Source: Candidatus Stramentimicrobium fermentans (GTDB taxonomy: Bacteria; Atribacterota; Phoenicimicrobiia; Phoenicimicrobiales; Stramentimicrobiaceae). Taken from it: a DNA stretch of 64,000 bases. The position numbers and the translations under genes are program-made. Every line of letters starts with the position of its first letter. The stretch's first letter is position 1. Shown in pieces: positions 58,690 through 64,000 of the stretch. The stretch covers positions 40,705-104,704 of the forward strand of contig JAAYOB010000015.1 of the NCBI GenBank assembly GCA_012520575.1. Direction: 5' to 3'. The notes beneath the pieces were generated by a model that was given only the letters and a program-made list of their open reading frames with translations, was not told the DNA's origin and did no database searches.

Positions 58690-60149
58690 TGGAATATAAC
58701 TATATAAAAATAAAAAGAATACTGACAATCTTCGGTATTACCGCAGGAATATTTCTGCTACTTTACCCCGCCCCGCTTTCAGCCCGAGAGATTGGTTTAG
58801 AAGAGGCGCTGGAATGGGGAGTCCGGCATAATCTTGATTTGCAAAATATTCGCTATAGCATTGAAGACATTCAGCGTAATCTGGAAATATTGGAAGCAGG
58901 AAAGGCATTTCAAGTGGATTTAAGTATAACTCCCATCTGGCGTTTAGGAGGAGAGGAAAAACCCTTTCAGGCGGAGATGGCAGAAAACCGATTTGCTCCT
59001 GAAACCGAAATGACTCTCTCGGCTAAAAAACTGTTGACCTCTGATTTAAGTCTGACTAGTAATGTGACCTGGCAGTCTGATAATACCGGCTTATCAGATA
59101 TTTCTCCGGAGTCCCTGGCCAAAGAGGTAAATGGCAGTCTCAGGTTAGACCAAAATCTTTATCCCCGGACCTGGAGTGAACAGAAAAAACAGGTTTATGC
59201 TCTGGAGAACAGCCTGATTATGAAAATTGAGGAGTTAAAATGGGAAGAGGTAGAAAAGCAGATTGAATTTATTCAGAAATACCTAAATATTGTCCATTCC
59301 CGGGAACAGCTAGAGCTAATAGTCCAAAGACAGGCATTGGCGGAGGCCGAGTTAGAGCGGGTCAGGAAAAAGGCAGAATTGGGAGAGGGCGGCTATCAGC
59401 AAGAGGCAGAGGCGATAATCGCCATGGAAGAGGCAAAGAATAAGCTCTGGGGTGCGGAGCAAGACCTTATTCAGGCGCAAAAGCAATGGTCTCTTCTGCT
59501 CAGCTTACCTGAAGAAGTTAAGGTGGACTTTGACCGGAATAGTGATTTTCTGACCACCCTATTCAAACAGATAGACGAATTGGCTATTACAGAAGATATC
59601 CAAGATGTATTTGTTGAACAAGTCTTATCCCAAAATTATCGACTTAAAAATAGTCTGTTGGAAAAAGAAGAAGGATTAAAAGAGCTGGAATGGACCAGAG
59701 ATTCAGGGAAACCTACCATAAACCTATCCGGCGGTTATGCTTATCCGGATGACAGCTGGTTCATTATGCTCGATTTTCAGGTTAAACTGGCGGACGGAGG
59801 AGCACAGGAGCTAAAAGTGCAGCAAAAAGAAGAGTATATAAAACGCAAAGAGCTAAGCATAGATTATTTAAAAGAAACATTAAAGTTGGAAAGCGAACAG
59901 CTGCTTAAACAAGACCATTATAATCAGTTGGTCTTGCAAACTCAGCAATTAGCATTAGAAAAAGAGCAGGATAAGTTGAACATAATAGAGCAACAATACC
60001 AAAGAGGGGCGATTAGCCCGGTTCAATGGGAGAATAGCCAAATAGGGTTACAGGAAAAAGAACTGGGCGTGAAACAGGCTTATGACCAATGGTTTATTGA
60101 CCGTATGAAATTAGCGCATTTTTTGGGTTACTTACCGAAGGGAGCTTAG
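58689..60149 (+). CDS. TolC-family outer-membrane efflux protein
   Basis: 486 aa. Signal peptide. Two-repeat alpha-helical/coiled-coil architecture. Confidence 0.6.
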   Translation: MEYNYIKIKRILTIFGITAGIFLLLYPAPLSAREIGLEEALEWGVRHNLDLQNIRYSIEDIQRNLEILEAGKAFQVDLSITPIWRLGGEEKPFQAEMAENRFAPETEMTLSAKKLLTSDLSLTSNVTWQSDNTGLSDISPESLAKEVNGSLRLDQNLYPRTWSEQKKQVYALENSLIMKIEELKWEEVEKQIEFIQKYLNIVHSREQLELIVQRQALAEAELERVRKKAELGEGGYQQEAEAIIAMEEAKNKLWGAEQDLIQAQKQWSLLLSLPEEVKVDFDRNSDFLTTLFKQIDELAITEDIQDVFVEQVLSQNYRLKNSLLEKEEGLKELEWTRDSGKPTINLSGGYAYPDDSWFIMLDFQVKLADGGAQELKVQQKEEYIKRKELSIDYLKETLKLESEQLLKQDHYNQLVLQTQQLALEKEQDKLNIIEQQYQRGAISPVQWENSQIGLQEKELGVKQAYDQWFIDRMKLAHFLGYLPKGA

Positions 60150-60159
60150 GAGATAGAAT

Positions 60160-61245
60160 ATGAAAATGAAAAAATTATTAATCTGGTTACTTCTAATTCT
60201 GATTATAGGCGCCGCTCTCTATTACCGGAGAGATTATCTACCCATACCGCAACTAAATTCTTATCAGGCAGGAGCAGGGAATAGCGAGAGTGCTCCAAAC
60301 GAAAAGATTGAACCTCAGGCTGTGATTGCAGTACAAAGGGGCGATATCAAAAAAACGGTTTCTACCAGTGGTTATATCAAACCGGTGAATGAGGTATATC
60401 TGAGTTTTGCCAGCACCGGGACTACCGGAGGTATGGTAGAAAAGATAATGGTAAAAAGAGGAGAAACGGTAATAGGCGGACAGGAGTTGGTCAAATTAGA
60501 AGATAAGCAGGAACATCTCAATTACTTGAAATCTAAAAATGAGTTTGAGGTGGCTAAGATTACCGGTTCTCCCAGCCAGATTGAAGAAAAGCAATTGACT
60601 ATGGAAGTGGCGCAGGACCGCTATGAATCAAAAACACTGAGGGCACCGTTTTCCGGGAAAATAGTAGACCTCTTTGTAGAGGAAGGTGACTTTATTGAAG
60701 GGGCTCGTGATGTAGTTTACCTGATTGATGACTCAGCATATGAGGTTACTGCCTCTGTCAGTGAAGTAGATTGTTTAGAGGTAGAGGTGGGGCAAAGTGT
60801 AGAAATCGAGCTCGATATTATGAAAGGACAGGCCTTTCCCGGTACAGTGACTGAGGTAGCGGAATATGCCGAAATGGAAGGAGGAGTGGTTACCGTTCCA
60901 GTAAAACTGCTCATTGATGAGGTATTACCATTCTTTAAACCGGGATTTTCGGCAACTGCAGCCATCATCGTTGATTTGGTAGAAGATGCCCTCATCGTTC
61001 CCATAACCGCCATTTTCACCGGAGACAGAGGCAGTATGGTGCTGAAAGCGGAAGGCGAACAGCCCATTCCCACCCCCATTGAAGCCGGTATTACCGATGG
61101 ATTCTATCAGGAGGTGATTAGCGGGTTACAGGAAGGGGATAAGATAATTGTCAATAGTTACCGGATGAATAGTGACAGTCAGGACAGAAGAGGAATGTTT
61201 GGCGGTATAGGCGGAGGAATGCCTATTCCTCCTATGGTAAGGTAA
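60160..61245 (+). CDS. macA: Periplasmic adaptor (HlyD/MacA-family membrane fusion protein)
   Basis: N-terminal TM helix, then biotinyl-lipoyl-like and beta-barrel regions. Precedes MacB-type ABC genes. Confidence 0.7.
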   Translation: MKMKKLLIWLLLILIIGAALYYRRDYLPIPQLNSYQAGAGNSESAPNEKIEPQAVIAVQRGDIKKTVSTSGYIKPVNEVYLSFASTGTTGGMVEKIMVKRGETVIGGQELVKLEDKQEHLNYLKSKNEFEVAKITGSPSQIEEKQLTMEVAQDRYESKTLRAPFSGKIVDLFVEEGDFIEGARDVVYLIDDSAYEVTASVSEVDCLEVEVGQSVEIELDIMKGQAFPGTVTEVAEYAEMEGGVVTVPVKLLIDEVLPFFKPGFSATAAIIVDLVEDALIVPITAIFTGDRGSMVLKAEGEQPIPTPIEAGITDGFYQEVISGLQEGDKIIVNSYRMNSDSQDRRGMFGGIGGGMPIPPMVR

Positions 61246-61247
61246 AG

Positions 61248-61934
61248 ATGAACAGAATAATGAGGATAGAGCAACTGAAAAAAATATATCAGCTGAGTAA
61301 GGTAAAAGTAGAGGCATTGAGAGGGATATCTTTTACCATAGAGGAAGGGGAATTTGTTTCCATTATGGGTCCTTCCGGTTCCGGTAAATCTACTTTAATG
61401 CACATCATCGGCTGCCTTGATTATCCTACTGAGGGAAAATATTATCTTACGGGGCAGGATGTAGCAAAATTGAATGATAATCAGTTAGCCCTATTTCGTA
61501 ATAAAAAGATTGGATTTGTCTTCCAACAATTTAATCTCTTGCCCAGAGCAACCAATTTCAATAATGTTGAGCTGCCGCTGATCTATGCCGGTGTGCCTTC
61601 CGGGAAGAGGAAGGATATAGTTTTAAAAGCATTACATAGTGTGGGGTTGAAAAATAGGGAATACCATCGTCCCAATGAAATTTCCGGTGGTGAAAGACAG
61701 CGGGTCGCTATTGCTCGCGCGTTGGTTAATAACCCTTCTATTATCTTAGCCGATGAGCCTACCGGTAATCTGGATTCTAAAACCGGCCATGATATTATGA
61801 AGATTTTTCAAAAGCTACACCAAAGCGGTAATACTATTATTCTTGTTACCCATGAGCGGGAAATAGCTACTTATGGTAAGCGTATTATCTACATAAGGGA
61901 TGGATTGATAGAAAAGGATGAGGTGGTGGCATGA
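61248..61934 (+). CDS. macB: MacB/LolD-type ABC ATP-binding protein
   Basis: Walker [10 protein letters not shown], signature ISGGERQR, Walker [12 protein letters not shown]. Confidence 0.85.
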   Translation: MNRIMRIEQLKKIYQLSKVKVEALRGISFTIEEGEFVSIMGPSGSGKSTLMHIIGCLDYPTEGKYYLTGQDVAKLNDNQLALFRNKKIGFVFQQFNLLPRATNFNNVELPLIYAGVPSGKRKDIVLKALHSVGLKNREYHRPNEISGGERQRVAIARALVNNPSIILADEPTGNLDSKTGHDIMKIFQKLHQSGNTIILVTHEREIATYGKRIIYIRDGLIEKDEVVA

Positions 61935-63151
61935 TTTTACAAGGCTTACGTATCGCACTGAACAGTCTATGGGCTAATAAGATGAGGAGTTTCTTATCCA
62001 TACTGGGTATAGTTATCGGAGTCGGCGCAGTCATTGCCATAGTATCGGTAGGTACCGGATCAACCCAACAGGTAACTGCTCGAATTGCCAATTTAGGTTC
62101 CAATATGATTACCGTCTATCCGTGGATGACCAGAGGCCAGTTTGGTAGAGTCGGTGGGACGGTTTCCTTACATAAGTTTACCTTAGAATTAGTCGAACAT
62201 GTTGAATTATTCTGTCCATCCGTAAAAAAAGCTATTCCGGTAAAAACACTCAATAGCAGATTAATCACTGATGAAGTAAATGTTAATGCTACCATAATAG
62301 GAACCAGGATTGATTATGCCGAGGTAAATAATTATGAAGTAGCTCAGGGGATTTTTATTGGGGAGAGTGACGATCTGGAGAGAAGGCAGGTAATCGTACT
62401 GGGTTCACAACTTGCCGCAGATCTGTTTGAAGATGATAGTCCCATTGGCGAAACGGTCAGATTGAACTATGAGAACCGAATATTTCAGTTTACGGTTATC
62501 GGGGTAATGAGAGAAAAGGGCGGCTCTATGGCCGGCAATCTGGATGAACGGGCTTATATTCCGGTATCAGTAGCTATGGACAGGCTAACCACCCATAAAT
62601 ATGTTGATTCTTTCATTGGGCAGGCTTATTCCTCAGAAGGCGCCGTTAATGCTGTGCAGGAATTGGAATACTTCCTGATGAAATATTTACAGGATGAAAA
62701 AAAGGAACAGTTTCGAATTACCAGTCAAGACGAGCTTCTGGAAACGGTAAGTTCGGTTACTAAGACTATGAGCTTAATGTTAGGGGGTATTGCCGCCATA
62801 TCATTGTTGGTTGGAGGAATTGGGATTATGAATATCATGCTGGTCTCAGTCACTGAACGTACCCGGGAAATAGGTATTCGCAAAGCCCTGGGAGCTAAAA
62901 ATAGAAACATACTGTGGCAGTTTTTAATGGAATCGCTGAGCTTGAGTAGTTTAGGTGGAATAGCAGGGATGGGCTTTGGCTGGATTGCTGCTTATTTCCT
63001 ATCCCAATATGGTAACTGGCCCTTCGTTATCTCCGGTATATCGGTAGTTTTAGCCTTTGGTTTTGCCTTGTTTATAGGTATCTTCTTTGGTCTGTATCCT
63101 GCTATGAAAGCAGCAAAGATGAATCCGGTAGATGCGCTCCGCTACGAATAA
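61931..63151 (+). CDS. FtsX-like ABC permease (MacB-type transmembrane subunit)
   Basis: MacB_PCD-like periplasmic domain between TM1 and TM2. C-terminal FtsX TM bundle. Confidence 0.8.
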   Translation: MILQGLRIALNSLWANKMRSFLSILGIVIGVGAVIAIVSVGTGSTQQVTARIANLGSNMITVYPWMTRGQFGRVGGTVSLHKFTLELVEHVELFCPSVKKAIPVKTLNSRLITDEVNVNATIIGTRIDYAEVNNYEVAQGIFIGESDDLERRQVIVLGSQLAADLFEDDSPIGETVRLNYENRIFQFTVIGVMREKGGSMAGNLDERAYIPVSVAMDRLTTHKYVDSFIGQAYSSEGAVNAVQELEYFLMKYLQDEKKEQFRITSQDELLETVSSVTKTMSLMLGGIAAISLLVGGIGIMNIMLVSVTERTREIGIRKALGAKNRNILWQFLMESLSLSSLGGIAGMGFGWIAAYFLSQYGNWPFVISGISVVLAFGFALFIGIFFGLYPAMKAAKMNPVDALRYE

Positions 63152-63676
63152 AAATATGAAATATCTGTAAGTGGGATGGCTTTCAGTTCTTGGTTAACAG
63201 TTTTCAGATAGCAGTTCTCAGTTTTTAATAAAAGTTTACTTCTGAACTCATTATATTCTGCAAATATATTATTCACCTTGTATTTTGAATATGCATTGGC
63301 TAAATACAGAAAATTTAGAACCAAAAACCGGGAACAAACAACCCATGTTCCCTCCCCCAATTACCACTTACTCATTTGACAATTCATTCATTTTCCAAAT
63401 AGTGACCTAGACAGAGCAATTTGTCTTTTAATCTCCTAGGTTAAATTCCCCACAACTCTGTTGCGGGGAGGTTCATTGACTTTAGATAAAACAATATACT
63501 ATTCTCAATAAATTTTCTAGCCAGTTTTAAAAGTTTCTTTAATCTATAATATTAGGTAAAAAGTAACCTTTTTTATTCTGACAACCTCACTAAAATTCTA
63601 TTAAAATATTAATAATGTTTTTTTCTCTGAATTAAGATAAAATGATAAGGAGTAAACAATTTTATTATTTGGAGGC

Positions 63677-64000
63677 TTAGGTAAAATGAAAACACGTAAG
63701 CTGATGATTTTGTTTGTCAGTATTCTGTTTTTTACCACAATATTATTATTCTGTGAATTAGCTGTTTTTGCCGCATCCGAAACTCCTTCCGAAATTATCA
63801 GCGACACGAAAGAGGCATTGATAGATATGGACATTGCTTTAGATAGCGGTGTATTTAGAAGCGTATTAAGGAAAGCAAAAGGAGTAGCAATATTTCCTTC
63901 TTTGACCGAGGTAGCGGTATTCGGATTAGGCGGACAAGGGGGTAAGGGAATAGTATTGAGAAAAGATCGGGAAACCGGCAAGTGGTATGGTCCTGCTTTT
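63677..64000 (+). CDS. SYLF (Ysc84/DUF500) lipid-binding domain protein. The 5' partial runs off the window end, so it is absent from the ORF track.
   Basis: RBS GGAGG, then ATG at 63677. MKTRKLMILFVSILFF signal sequence. GVAIFPSLTEVAVFGLGGQGGKGIVL matches the SYLF glycine-rich core. Confidence 0.6.

Noticed and set aside
63601-63981. Track ORF of 126 aa on the minus strand
   Set aside because: It is antisense to a better-supported plus-strand gene (RBS plus ATG at 63677, signal peptide, SYLF motif) that the track omitted only because it runs off the window end.

Overview
The window is a low-GC, Firmicutes-like chromosomal segment with diderm signatures (two TolC-like proteins and a signal-peptide CbiK). 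It holds three main blocks, and two selenocysteine genes and one tRNA are missing from the ORF track.

1) Positions 1-13.2 kb, minus strand: one long operon under a cobalamin (B12) riboswitch with a terminator-type expression platform. It encodes a secreted CbiK-like chelatase, two small paralogous lipoproteins, a FecBCD/BtuFCD-type ABC importer, and anaerobic cobalamin biosynthesis genes cbiA-C-D-F-G-H plus an apparent cbiJ-cbiE-cbiT fusion that runs off the window edge.

2) Two more B12-riboswitch-controlled ABC import operons. The one at 13.5-18.6 kb (plus strand) contains a disrupted tetrapyrrole-methylase gene and two substrate-binding proteins. The one at 23.4-26.4 kb (minus strand) lies divergent to the corrinoid adenosyltransferase gene cobO.

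3) Positions 39.7-45.8 kb: a selenocysteine-utilisation locus. It contains tRNA-Sec (selC), selA, selB and a selD whose N-terminus is reached only by reading through an in-frame UGA. Upstream on the minus strand is a HesB/IscA-like gene whose conserved cysteine codon is replaced by an in-frame TGA, making it a candidate selenoprotein.

Other content: flotillin FloA with its NfeD partner, flavodoxin, a NifU-like protein and rubrerythrin, addB-addA, a large PAS-GAF-GGDEF-HD-GYP c-di-GMP protein with an internal module duplication, a MarR regulator and MATE exporter, and a TolC-TolC-MacA-MacB efflux operon preceded by a canonical sigma-54 promoter motif. A duplicated 100-nt intergenic element sits upstream of two unrelated genes.

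No CRISPR array or obvious mobile element was seen.
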